Source: a virus (Duplodnaviria > Heunggongvirae > Uroviricota > Caudoviricetes). Taken from it: DNA of 64,000 nucleotides. Below are positions 1-9,550 of the stretch, piece after piece. The position numbers were made by a program, and so were the translations under genes. The notes beneath the pieces were generated by a model, which had not been told where the DNA came from, searched no databases, and saw only the letters and a program-made list of their open reading frames with translations. Each line of letters opens with the position of its first letter. Position 1 is the first letter of the stretch. The stretch spans positions 64,001-128,000 of the IMG/VR virus record IMGVR_UViG_3300044991_001838. One strand, written 5' to 3'.

Positions 1-262
1 TATTACTTTTTTCCCAAATTCCTGATTGAAGTTTTGAAAGACTAATTTTCTTTTCAACACAATCATTAACTATTTTTTGTTGTTTTTCAATGACAGGACC
101 AATAGTGGTCATATCTGCAGGGTCTTTTAACATAGATAACATTTTATTTTGTATTCTAATTGCAGTCTGTCTTTGTTCTACAAGTTCATTGTAGATTTCT
201 TGCATTAAAGATAATATTGAATCTTTAGTAAAATTAATTTCTTTTCTTTGAGGTCTAGGCAT
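1..262 (-). CDS. Hypothetical protein, truncated at window edge
   Basis: Manual translation from ATG at 262: MPRPQRKEINFTKDSILSLMQEIYNELVEQRQ..., open to position 1; TATTTATA just upstream on coding strand. Not in ORF track. Confidence 0.75.
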   Translation of the reverse strand, partial: MPRPQRKEINFTKDSILSLMQEIYNELVEQRQTAIRIQNKMLSMLKDPADMTTIGPVIEKQQKIVNDCVEKKISLSKLQSGIWEKSN

Positions 263-281
263 AACTATAAATACTTTTCTA

Positions 282-1028
282 TTAGTTTTTCATTTTAATT
301 TGAATAATCATGTACAATTTTTTAAATCTTTTAATAGAACTTCTAATTTCTTTAGTGCTTAAATTTGTCATTTCTCTTAAAGAAAGTAGAATAACATTTT
401 TATTAAATTTGTTATTATCCGCTCCTGAAAATATTGTTTCATAATTATCAAATAAATCAACAAGGGCATATCCTAATTTTCGTTCATTCTCATTTAAATT
501 TTCTAATTCAATAAAATCTTTTAATTCTTTTAAATATTCATTGATGACGACTTGAGTTTCCACAATATCATCATCAATTCTATAACTCATATCAGCTCTT
601 TCTTCTAAACTAGCCGAAATATCTTCGTATGAAATTTTTCTATTTGTTTCTTTTTGGTCTTTAATTATTTGACCCATCAAATAATTTTTACAAATAGTAC
701 CAAAATAAGAATAGGCCTTTTTATTCTTATCTGGTTTAAATTTATCAACCTTTGTCATTAAAAAAGAATGAGTGTCGGTGTGAATTTCAGTAAAGTCCAT
801 ATCTTTACGATATAATTTATATCGTCGTATGATGGATGAAATCATCTTATCGAGAGGGCCTCTTAAAAATTCGTTATAAATTTTATTTTTATCTTGTGAA
901 CTTTCAGCAATTAAAAAATTTCTAACCGCTTCTTCTTCTCTTACATCAAAATAATTTAAATTGACTGGCTTTCTCCCCCTTTTTTTAGATAAAACATCTT
1001 CTGTCGTTGCAGATAGAGTTTCTTGCAT
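282..1028 (-). CDS. Phage RNA polymerase sigma factor-like protein (possible late sigma, gp55-like)
   Basis: Region-2-like segment KVDKFKPDKNKKAYSYFGTICKNYL and C-terminal HTH-like LREMTNLSTKEIRSSIKRFKK. Confidence 0.6.
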   Translation of the reverse strand: MQETLSATTEDVLSKKRGRKPVNLNYFDVREEEAVRNFLIAESSQDKNKIYNEFLRGPLDKMISSIIRRYKLYRKDMDFTEIHTDTHSFLMTKVDKFKPDKNKKAYSYFGTICKNYLMGQIIKDQKETNRKISYEDISASLEERADMSYRIDDDIVETQVVINEYLKELKDFIELENLNENERKLGYALVDLFDNYETIFSGADNNKFNKNVILLSLREMTNLSTKEIRSSIKRFKKLYMIIQIKMKN

Positions 1029-1835
1029 TTATACATTTTCAGATTGATATTTTATGACTCTATCGTCAGTGAAAAAATATTCTTTTTTTGCGGTTTGAAT
1101 CCAAAATTTAACTTCATCTTCAACCATTCTTTCATCACCATTTTTGTAATTCCAAAAAATTGAACCTTCTCTTAAATTAACATGTTTGTATCCAAGTTTT
1201 GGTATTGTCATAATAGATACTGAATTGTAAGTAAGTCTTAATAAAAACTCATAAATAAATGTAAGTTTCATTGAGGATTTAAACCCTCCAAAGTCTTCAA
1301 TAATTTCTTTTTTAAATACGGAACCCGCTGTTTGGAAATTTTGATAATCTTGTAATGTTTCATTAGTTAAAAATCCCATCTCTTGTGTAAAGTTTGCAGC
1401 GAATGTTGCCTCATTAGTAAATCCTGCGAAAAGACCTTTTTCATCAGTTTCAACCACTACAGGTAAAAACATTTGTGTTTCAGGGTAAGCTTCAGAATAT
1501 GTTTTAACATTTTTAAACCAAATAGACGAATATTCGTCATCAAATTCAAAAAGGGATACCCAAGTACTCTTTGCGTTTTTTATTCCATAATTCACTTGTT
1601 CACAATAGTTAGGAGCTTCTCCCCATGGTAATTTAGATACTTGTAAATCGCCAAAATCATAATTGTTAAGATGATTAACTAATGATTCTTCATTAGTGTG
1701 TACAATGATTAACTCTTCAAAACCAACTTGTTGAGTTTTAAGAGATGATATTGCCTTTTCAAAATAGTCCTCAAAGTTTTTTGCTTTTGAGGATTTAATT
1801 GGTAGTATAACCGAAAGTGATAATTTATTGCTCAT
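1029..1835 (-). CDS. Glycosyltransferase family 2
   Basis: LSVILP start, QVNYGIKNAKSTWVSLFEFDD (GT-A DxD region). Confidence 0.75.
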   Translation of the reverse strand: MSNKLSLSVILPIKSSKAKNFEDYFEKAISSLKTQQVGFEELIIVHTNEESLVNHLNNYDFGDLQVSKLPWGEAPNYCEQVNYGIKNAKSTWVSLFEFDDEYSSIWFKNVKTYSEAYPETQMFLPVVVETDEKGLFAGFTNEATFAANFTQEMGFLTNETLQDYQNFQTAGSVFKKEIIEDFGGFKSSMKLTFIYEFLLRLTYNSVSIMTIPKLGYKHVNLREGSIFWNYKNGDERMVEDEVKFWIQTAKKEYFFTDDRVIKYQSENV

Positions 1836-1836
1836 A

Positions 1837-2889
1837 TTATTCTTCTGTTTTTGAAATTTGTTGTTCGAATGAATCCGCTCTATTGTTTAAGTAACCACTA
1901 AATAAGGTTACAACTGATGATTCAAATTTATGTTTATCTGAAAATGGTTCCACAGTTTTTTTCATTTCATCAAAAACTTCAGGATTTATATTATCCTCAA
2001 GCCAATTTTGTACATAATCTGCGATAATGTCTGGAAATAATGTTTGGTCTGTAATCCAAATACCATTGTTTTCTGTCATCCAATCAGGAGATAGATTTGG
2101 TACTTTACCAATCACAGGTACATTACATTTCATAGATTCTAATGGGAATGTACCAAACCCACTGTGGTCGTCAATCCAAACACTAACAAAACAATCACTT
2201 AAAGAATTGGCAAATTCTTTTTCAGAAAGACCTCTTAAATCTCTAAATGTGAACCATCTATATTGAGGGAATTTTAAATAAAAAGCTTTAATGATGTTTA
2301 TAGAATCACTTTGTTCTTTAGTGTGAATACCAATAATTGGCATTGGGGGTGTTGATTTTGGTTTAAAAAATTCTGTGATATACGGCTCAATAATATCAAA
2401 AGACGCTTGTCTCATAATTCTTTCCGCATATTCTTTTTGTTTGTTTGATGTTGTTAAACATTTCATAAACCCAAATTGAGACCATGATTGTCCTGGTTGT
2501 AATGTTTCTAACATATGTGCGTATTGTTGATTAAATACAATTTTTGCACAAGGTAATTGTTTTACTTGGTCCATTACGTACCCAAAAATTTCAGGTATGA
2601 TTAAAAAATCTTCAGGTGAGATTTCTAAATTTTGTCCCTCAATAGCTCTATGAGGTAAAGACATATATTCCTCATTTAACCAAGCAGCGACACCAGCGTA
2701 TTCTGCCTTTTCGTGTAATATGATTGGATTAAATCCGTTGTCTTTTAATGTTTTTGCCATTTGGTAAATAAGTCTGATAGAAGCCTTTGCGTTACCTTTA
2801 GTATCTTGTACTAAAAAATATATCCTTGCTTGTTTATCTCTTAATACTTGGATGGAGTTTAATACTTTTTCTTGAATTGTGTTTTCCAT
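1837..2889 (-). CDS. GT-B (GT4-like) glycosyltransferase
   Basis: DFLIIPE and SGFGTFPLESMKCNVPVIG (GT4 ExxxxxxxE-like motif). Confidence 0.7.
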   Translation of the reverse strand: MENTIQEKVLNSIQVLRDKQARIYFLVQDTKGNAKASIRLIYQMAKTLKDNGFNPIILHEKAEYAGVAAWLNEEYMSLPHRAIEGQNLEISPEDFLIIPEIFGYVMDQVKQLPCAKIVFNQQYAHMLETLQPGQSWSQFGFMKCLTTSNKQKEYAERIMRQASFDIIEPYITEFFKPKSTPPMPIIGIHTKEQSDSINIIKAFYLKFPQYRWFTFRDLRGLSEKEFANSLSDCFVSVWIDDHSGFGTFPLESMKCNVPVIGKVPNLSPDWMTENNGIWITDQTLFPDIIADYVQNWLEDNINPEVFDEMKKTVEPFSDKHKFESSVVTLFSGYLNNRADSFEQQISKTEE

Positions 2890-2893
2890 ATTA

Positions 2894-3175
2894 TTAATAA
2901 TGATTGATTAATTTTTTATTTAAAAGACTATTAAATGCTATTCTAAAGGGAATACTTGTGTTTGAACTACCTTTCATCCCTAATTTTTCATCAACAGTGT
3001 CTTGTTCAGTTAAGATTGTTTCTAATAACATTTTTACCATATCAAATTTGATAATGTTAATTTTTATTTCTGTCTCTCCTGATAAAGTTTCAGGTATTTC
3101 CTTGTCTGACATGTCAAGGTATTGTTCAATTACATCTAAATCAATGTAATAATTTTCTCCTAATACACTTATCAT
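2894..3175 (-). CDS. Hypothetical protein
   Basis: 93 aa ORF tightly packed in operon. Confidence 0.7.
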   Translation of the reverse strand: MISVLGENYYIDLDVIEQYLDMSDKEIPETLSGETEIKINIIKFDMVKMLLETILTEQDTVDEKLGMKGSSNTSIPFRIAFNSLLNKKLINHY

Positions 3176-3768
3176 ATTATTTCTTCTATTTTTAATTTGA
3201 GTTCTTTAATCTTTGATATTGAATACTCTGTTTTTATATCTGAGTTATAAGATGTGTCATATTTAACAATGATTTTATCCTCAGGATGGTTTAATAATAG
3301 TTTAGGATTTGCTGTAAGTAAAATGTCTACTGAATTCCAAAGTAAATTAATTGTACTTTCACTATAAAATCTAACAGATTCAATCAAACATCCAAATTTA
3401 GAAATGAAAAATAAAGTCGCTGGTTTAGATTTTCCAATTTCATCTGAAACAATTACTATTTCGTGATTGTCTCTCATATCTAAATAAAAATCATTTAAGT
3501 CTGACATACTTGAATTTTCTACGGAACCTGAATGTCCAAAAATTTCCATGGTATGTTCTTTGTATAAAAAATTATACAAATCATCTTCATCTTTAAAATT
3601 AAGATGAGAAAGTATATCTAAAGAAGTTAAGTCAGATATTACTTTATACTCAAACTCTTCTTCGTTTTCTTCTTTAAATGGATTATCAATATACCATTTT
3701 TCATACTCTTGTTGAATTTTTTTTAAAGTATCTCTAAGTACACCATTTACCTCAATACCAATTCTCAT
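3172..3768 (-). CDS. 5'(3')-nucleotidase-like HAD protein with degenerate catalytic motifs
   Basis: RIGIEVNGVLRD (canonical IGIDxDGVLRD) and DILLTANP (canonical DxxIDDxP). Confidence 0.55.
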   Translation of the reverse strand: MRIGIEVNGVLRDTLKKIQQEYEKWYIDNPFKEENEEEFEYKVISDLTSLDILSHLNFKDEDDLYNFLYKEHTMEIFGHSGSVENSSMSDLNDFYLDMRDNHEIVIVSDEIGKSKPATLFFISKFGCLIESVRFYSESTINLLWNSVDILLTANPKLLLNHPEDKIIVKYDTSYNSDIKTEYSISKIKELKLKIEEII

Positions 3769-4505
3769 TCTTCGTATCTTTTTAAGATTTTAGAAATTAA
3801 TGGATTTCTCACAATATCTTCTGGTTTAAATTCAAATACCCCAACATCTTCCATGTCTTGGAATTTTTTAAGAGCATCCCACAATCCTGTTTGGGTTTTA
3901 TCTTTATGTCTATCAAATTGTTCTAAATCTCCTGATATAAAAAACTTGGAGTTAAAACCAATTCGGGTTAATAATAATTTCATTTGACTTGGAGTTGAAT
4001 TTTGAGCTTCTTCAAAAATTAAAATTGAGTTATCAATATTCATTCCTCTCATATAAGCTAACGCAAAAACTTCAATCGCTTCAATATCTTTTAGTTTTTC
4101 TCTTATGTCTTTACCAATAATTTTATTTAAAAGATAATATGAGGGAAAAATATAAGGGTCTAACTTTTCCTCAACCCCACCAGGTAAACTACCTAATTTT
4201 TCTTCAGCTTCTACTGCCGGTCTTACAATAATAATTTTTTCATATGGAGTTGTTGGGTCAATTAATAAGTCCACAGCCGCTTTCATTGCTATGTAACTTT
4301 TACCAACTCCCGCAGGTCCTGAACATATTGTAATTTGATTTGTAGATAACTTATCATAATATGTTTTTTGACTTTCTGATAAAAATTTTTGTTTTGTCTT
4401 TTTAGGGACAATTGAACAAATTAAATCTTTTTTATTGATAGGTTTGTTAGTTGTTTCAGGTGTAGGTGTTGGTTTAGTGTTCTTTGATTTGCTGTATGTC
4501 GCCAT
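3765..4505 (-). CDS. phoH: PhoH family ATPase
   Basis: GPAGVGKS Walker A, RPAVEA, YMRG, EEAQN, GDLEQ, IVRNPLI. Confidence 0.92.
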   Translation of the reverse strand: MATYSKSKNTKPTPTPETTNKPINKKDLICSIVPKKTKQKFLSESQKTYYDKLSTNQITICSGPAGVGKSYIAMKAAVDLLIDPTTPYEKIIIVRPAVEAEEKLGSLPGGVEEKLDPYIFPSYYLLNKIIGKDIREKLKDIEAIEVFALAYMRGMNIDNSILIFEEAQNSTPSQMKLLLTRIGFNSKFFISGDLEQFDRHKDKTQTGLWDALKKFQDMEDVGVFEFKPEDIVRNPLISKILKRYEE

Positions 4506-4523
4506 TTAAATTATTTTAATTGT

Positions 4524-4907
4524 TTATTTGTATTCAATATAATCTTTTTGTTCTCTAACTTCTGAATTGGTTATATCGTTAATTTTATTTTTTAACGAAA
4601 ACCTTTCATCATTAGTGTAGTATACTTTTCTTGCTAATTCAATAAAATGGGAATCAAAATTTTTTGTTGATTCAATTGTTCTTAACTCATCCTCAATTTC
4701 CCATAAATTTAAATTAACTTCGTTTAGTTCACGGTATAATTTTAAAATTTCTTCATCATCTAAATAAATTGATGACATATTATAAATTAGTTCAAATTCA
4801 TTATTAATGAATGATAATTTTTCTTCATTTAAAATCTTTGTTTTTTTTACATGGAGAATAGATAATTTATCAATCAACTCTCCAACACTTACAGGTATTG
4901 TTACCAT
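4524..4907 (-). CDS. DUF6165-like protein
   Basis: IPVSVGELIDKLSIL ... LWEIEDELR ... ARKVYYTNDERF..K pattern. Confidence 0.65.
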   Translation of the reverse strand: MVTIPVSVGELIDKLSILHVKKTKILNEEKLSFINNEFELIYNMSSIYLDDEEILKLYRELNEVNLNLWEIEDELRTIESTKNFDSHFIELARKVYYTNDERFSLKNKINDITNSEVREQKDYIEYK

Positions 4908-4910
4908 AAT

Positions 4911-5891
4911 TTAATTTTTTGTGTAAAAGTTTATCCAATGTTCAATCATTTCATCTAACATTGCCTCAAATGTGTATTCAGGTGACCATCCTGTTACCAA
5001 ATTTAATTTTGATGAGTCTCCCTTTAAATCACGAAGTTCCTCAGGTCTTAAGAATTTTTCATCAACTGTAACATAGTCTTTATAATTTAACCCTAACTTT
5101 GAAAAAGTATACTCACATAAATCTTCTACTGAATGTGAAATCCCTGTCGAACATACATAATCATCTGGTTTGTCTTGTTGTAATATCATCCACATTGCTT
5201 TTACATAATCTTTAGCGTGGCCCCAATCTCTAGTTGCTTCTAAATTACCTAATTTTAATTCATTTGATAATCCTAATTTAATCTTAACCGCTTCTTTACA
5301 AACTTTATTTGTAACAAAGTTTGTTCCTCGTCTTGGAGATTCGTGATTAAATAAAATACCGTTGGAAATAAACATACCATACGAGTTTCTATAGTTTCTC
5401 CCAATATTATAACTAAACACTTTGGCACACCCATAAGGTGATACAGGATTTAATGGGGTGGATTCTCTTTGGAACCCATCTTCGTCAATTGAGTTTCCAA
5501 ACATTTCTGAAGAAGATGCTTGGTATATTTTAATAGACGGTTTAATTAATTTAACTGCTTCTAATAAATTAAGAGTTCCAATACCTGTGACATTGGCTGT
5601 GTATATTGGTTGGTCAAACGAAATCCTAACATGGGATTGTGCTGCCAAATTATAAATTTCATCAGGATTTGTTTTTTGAATTACAGAAATTAATGAAGAT
5701 AAATCAGTTAAATCCGAGTAGTGTAGGTTAATTTGGTTAAATATGTTATCCAATCTTGCAGTTTGGTTTTCTGCTACTGAATTTCTTTTTAAAGTCCCGT
5801 GTACTTCATATCCTTTTTCAAGTAAAAATTCTGCTAAATAAGAACCATCTTGACCATTTATTCCTGTTATAAGTGCAATTTTTTTTGACAT
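4911..5891 (-). CDS. gmd: GDP-mannose 4,6-dehydratase
   Basis: ALITGINGQDGSYLAE, YNLAAQSHV, YQASSSE, SPYGCAK, LFNHESPRRG, RDWGHAKDYV. Confidence 0.95.
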   Translation of the reverse strand: MSKKIALITGINGQDGSYLAEFLLEKGYEVHGTLKRNSVAENQTARLDNIFNQINLHYSDLTDLSSLISVIQKTNPDEIYNLAAQSHVRISFDQPIYTANVTGIGTLNLLEAVKLIKPSIKIYQASSSEMFGNSIDEDGFQRESTPLNPVSPYGCAKVFSYNIGRNYRNSYGMFISNGILFNHESPRRGTNFVTNKVCKEAVKIKLGLSNELKLGNLEATRDWGHAKDYVKAMWMILQQDKPDDYVCSTGISHSVEDLCEYTFSKLGLNYKDYVTVDEKFLRPEELRDLKGDSSKLNLVTGWSPEYTFEAMLDEMIEHWINFYTKN

Positions 5892-5892
5892 A

Positions 5893-6681
5893 TTAATTTA
5901 ATCTTGTGTAGTTTAATTTTGAGTTTGAAAATATTGAGAATGTTGATAAATTTGACTTAGTACAAAATAATTTTTTTGTCATACCTAAAGTATACGCACC
6001 AAAAACAATTTCTTGAATGTGTTGTTTAATTGACTCCTCATCATTTTTTAATTTAAAAAATGGATTATCTTCAGTCTTTGATGAAGTAAATTCATCAAAA
6101 GTTATTAGTTTATTACCGTATCTTTTTTTAAATTCATTTAAATCATTAAGATTATCACACATTAAAAACACATTTTCAAACTCTTCTTTTTCTAATGTCT
6201 TAAATATTTCTGATAAATCTATTGTTGAAACATAGTGTACACTTGACATATCAGTGGCTCTTCTATGAAATCCTATAGTTTTTGTAAAATCAATTTGGGG
6301 ATGTCTTGACGAAAATAATTGTTTCATCTCATCATTTAATATAAAGTTATCTTTAATAATTGATTCACACATTTTTAAGTCTTTTGGTACAAATGTTTCA
6401 CTTTCATACGCATTTAATGGTGAAATATAATTAACTAACTCAATGTTAGAATATTCATTAACATTATTTAAATAATCATCTTTGTCTTGGACAAAACAAA
6501 CATCATAAATGTTTTGACTACCATAACCAAATATATTTGATAAGTCATAATATATTTTTAATTTTTCATCTGGATAATTTAACAATACATTATGTATATG
6601 GACAACAGCTTCGGTTATGTATGAAAAATAACCTCTTTGATGAACACCATTACCTCTTGCGGGTTTAAAGTACTTCAACAT
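5893..6681 (-). CDS. NodZ/O-fucosyltransferase-like GT-B glycosyltransferase
   Basis: IGFHRRATD (GxHxRxxD) plus VFLMCD (xFxATD-like) fucosyltransferase donor motifs. Confidence 0.55.
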   Translation of the reverse strand: MLKYFKPARGNGVHQRGYFSYITEAVVHIHNVLLNYPDEKLKIYYDLSNIFGYGSQNIYDVCFVQDKDDYLNNVNEYSNIELVNYISPLNAYESETFVPKDLKMCESIIKDNFILNDEMKQLFSSRHPQIDFTKTIGFHRRATDMSSVHYVSTIDLSEIFKTLEKEEFENVFLMCDNLNDLNEFKKRYGNKLITFDEFTSSKTEDNPFFKLKNDEESIKQHIQEIVFGAYTLGMTKKLFCTKSNLSTFSIFSNSKLNYTRLN

Positions 6682-6686
6682 CTATA

Positions 6687-7847
6687 TTAATATTTTAGTA
6701 AGATATCACAAATTCTATCAATATCTTCTTTTGTCATTTTATCATGATTTGGAACATAAACTCCTCTTTCATCTATAATTGAACAATTAGGTAATTTATT
6801 CTCACCATATAATTTTTTGTAAAATGGTTGAGTCCCCATAGACCCTGAAATTAATGGTCTACATGAAATATTATTGTCCGTTAATTCTTTAATTAAATTT
6901 TCTTTATCTATTAAAGTTTTGGTGATAACAGGGATTGCAAAATTTGATGTATAACTATCGTCAAAAGTTTTAGGAAACCATGTCTTACCTTCTAGTTTAG
7001 ATTTGTAATATAGGAAATTTTCATATCGATTATTAATCATCCCATCAACTTTATCTAATTGTTTAACTCCAATTTGTGCTTGTAAATCGGTACTTCTTAC
7101 ATTAAATCCTGGTATGTAAAATGTGTATAACGCAGAGAAATCCGTCACATCCCATTCTTTTCTTAATTCTTGTTGTTTTTCAGATGACAAATCTCTATCC
7201 CATCCGTGACTTCTAAGTTGTAATAAAGTGTCATAAATTTCGTCATCATTGGTTGTAATTACACCACCTTCAATAGTTGACATAGTATGTCCAAAGTACG
7301 TTGAGAATGAAGACATTAATCCAAAATTACCAAGTTTAGTTCCTTTAAATTTAGTCCCTTGAGATTCGCAATTATCTTCAAGTAAAATCACATCGTATTT
7401 TTCACATAACTCAACAATTGAATCCATGTCAGGGGATAATCCCAATACTGATACCAATATTAATACTGATGGTTGTTCTGTTTTAAACACTTCTTCAAGA
7501 TGATTTAAATCAACTGAAAGGTTATCTAAATTACAATCAATTAATAATGGGTGCATATCAAACTGAAGTACTGGTGCTAAATCTGTTGCCCAACATAATG
7601 ATGGTACACAAACTTTATTGTTCTTCATTTTATTAAGAACTTTTAACGCGTATAACATAAGCAAATTTGCTGATGAACCTGAGTTAACAAATACTGAATA
7701 TTTTGACCCCAACCATTGGGACCATTTATTCTCAAATTCAATTGTTTTAGAACCTTTAGTTAATCTTGGGTAATCTTTTAACCATTCAATCAAGTTATCA
7801 ATGTCTTGGTTATCAATAGTGTCTTGAATTAAATCAATTCTTTTCAT
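6687..7847 (-). CDS. colD: DegT-fold PLP enzyme, ColD-like GDP-4-keto-6-deoxymannose 3-dehydratase
   Basis: FVNSGSSANLL, EDNCES, STYFGHTMSTIEGG with His at the usual Schiff-base Lys position, RSHGWDR. Confidence 0.7.
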   Translation of the reverse strand: MKRIDLIQDTIDNQDIDNLIEWLKDYPRLTKGSKTIEFENKWSQWLGSKYSVFVNSGSSANLLMLYALKVLNKMKNNKVCVPSLCWATDLAPVLQFDMHPLLIDCNLDNLSVDLNHLEEVFKTEQPSVLILVSVLGLSPDMDSIVELCEKYDVILLEDNCESQGTKFKGTKLGNFGLMSSFSTYFGHTMSTIEGGVITTNDDEIYDTLLQLRSHGWDRDLSSEKQQELRKEWDVTDFSALYTFYIPGFNVRSTDLQAQIGVKQLDKVDGMINNRYENFLYYKSKLEGKTWFPKTFDDSYTSNFAIPVITKTLIDKENLIKELTDNNISCRPLISGSMGTQPFYKKLYGENKLPNCSIIDERGVYVPNHDKMTKEDIDRICDILLKY

Positions 7848-8767
7848 TTTCTTAGTGTTTTATAATTTTTAATAAACCAATCAATGGTTTCGGTAATTCC
7901 TTGTTCTATGTTAACGTATTCATAATCTTTAGGTATATCTGATTTTGCTGGTTTTCTAAACTGTCCTCTTGGTTTTGTTTCGTCAAAAAGTAATTTATCA
8001 TCCTCAATACCAAATTTTTTGACAACAATTTTAACAATGTCCATAACTGAATGTTCATTATCATTAACCGCCATAAATGGAACATCACTATTCCAATTAT
8101 CAATTGACCATAAAATAATTTTAGCTAAATCTTTTGAATGTATAAATTGTCTTAATGGACTTCCGTCTCCCCAAACCACAAAGTCTTCATCATTTTCTTT
8201 ACAATTATATGCTCTGTGAATGATACCAGGAATCATATGACTATGGTCAGGATGAAAATTGTCATGAGGCCCATAAACATTTGTAGGTACAATCGTAATC
8301 CAATTGTTACCTGTTAATTGTCTAATAATTTTTGTTTGATATCCCGATAATCTTTTGGCGTAAGAATACCCATGATTAGATGGGTGAGGAGGTGCAATAT
8401 CTATTTGGTCTGCAGTTAATGGATAAGTAATGTTTGTGTCAGGAAAAATACAAGTGGAAGATAAATTTACAAAATTTTTAATTCCATTTTCAAATGATGA
8501 AGTGATAACATTGTTATTTATTTTATAGTTTTCTATAAAAAAAGTTTCGTTATTTGTTGAATTTGCTTGAACTCCACCAACCATTGCTGCACAATGTATG
8601 ATTGTGTCAACACCTGAATTTTTTACATGATAAGTAATATACTCATTGGTTGATTTTTCATCAGTTAAATCGGCATCTTTTCTTGTGTGATACACATGGT
8701 TCTCCCCTAATAATTCTCTTAACGCATTTCCAACTAATCCGTTGGAACCTGTTACTAATACTTTCAT
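7844..8767 (-). CDS. fcl: GDP-L-fucose synthase / ColC-like epimerase-reductase
   Basis: VTGSNGLVG, HCAAMVGG, SSTCIFP, YSYAKR, PTNVYGPHDNF, WGDGSPLRQF. Confidence 0.9.
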   Translation of the reverse strand: MKVLVTGSNGLVGNALRELLGENHVYHTRKDADLTDEKSTNEYITYHVKNSGVDTIIHCAAMVGGVQANSTNNETFFIENYKINNNVITSSFENGIKNFVNLSSTCIFPDTNITYPLTADQIDIAPPHPSNHGYSYAKRLSGYQTKIIRQLTGNNWITIVPTNVYGPHDNFHPDHSHMIPGIIHRAYNCKENDEDFVVWGDGSPLRQFIHSKDLAKIILWSIDNWNSDVPFMAVNDNEHSVMDIVKIVVKKFGIEDDKLLFDETKPRGQFRKPAKSDIPKDYEYVNIEQGITETIDWFIKNYKTLRK

Positions 8768-9546
8768 ATTTTAATCCAATTTTCACAATATAAATCGTCA
8801 GTATTAAATGACGAATAGTTAACACCAAACCATTTAGTTGGAGCTACTACTTTTTTATTTTCATTTTTATTTAACCACGCTCCCCACCAGCTAAATGTTG
8901 AGTTTGCAATTATATTATTTTTACACATAGACATTAAATATAAGTCTTGGTAATCTAAATTATTTGAGATAAATGTTTTGTTTTTAATAAACCCAAAATT
9001 TTCTTCACACCATTTAATATCGTCTGAAAATATTAAAAAATGTTTATCTTCCCCAATAATTTTAACAGCATTTTCAAAATAGTCAATTGGTTGTGACGGA
9101 TGATGATTTGGTAAAGAAATATAATCTCCTCTTCTAACATGAATAGAACAAGTATCTTGATTTAAAATTTCATTATATTTTTCTAACAAATATGAATTTG
9201 TGTTTTCATCAATTTTAAAAAGGTCCAATATCTCATTTTTGTAATCTATAAAATATTTTTCACTTTGAAAGTGTCCTATTAATTTTATATTTCCTTCTAA
9301 TTTTGGTATTGGAAAATATTGAAATCCGCCTTCCCCTGAATGTTGTTGATTAGTTATTGTGTCTGAAAATTTTATTTTTCTAAAAATATTATTAATATAA
9401 AATTGGTATGATTTGTGAGGTATCATCATGTCCCGAGTGTCACAAATCATTTCTTTATTATCTCTAAGTGATACACTATAAGTTGCAGCAATTTGAAACA
9501 TTAGATTTCCTAACCCTCCCATTAATCTTGTTGATGCAATATTCAT
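8764..9546 (-). CDS. Alpha-1,2-fucosyltransferase (GT11)
   Basis: GGLGNLMFQ, SIHVRRGDY, FSDD, NSTFSWWGAWL. Confidence 0.92.
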   Translation of the reverse strand: MNIASTRLMGGLGNLMFQIAATYSVSLRDNKEMICDTRDMMIPHKSYQFYINNIFRKIKFSDTITNQQHSGEGGFQYFPIPKLEGNIKLIGHFQSEKYFIDYKNEILDLFKIDENTNSYLLEKYNEILNQDTCSIHVRRGDYISLPNHHPSQPIDYFENAVKIIGEDKHFLIFSDDIKWCEENFGFIKNKTFISNNLDYQDLYLMSMCKNNIIANSTFSWWGAWLNKNENKKVVAPTKWFGVNYSSFNTDDLYCENWIKI

Positions 9547-9550
9547 AATT

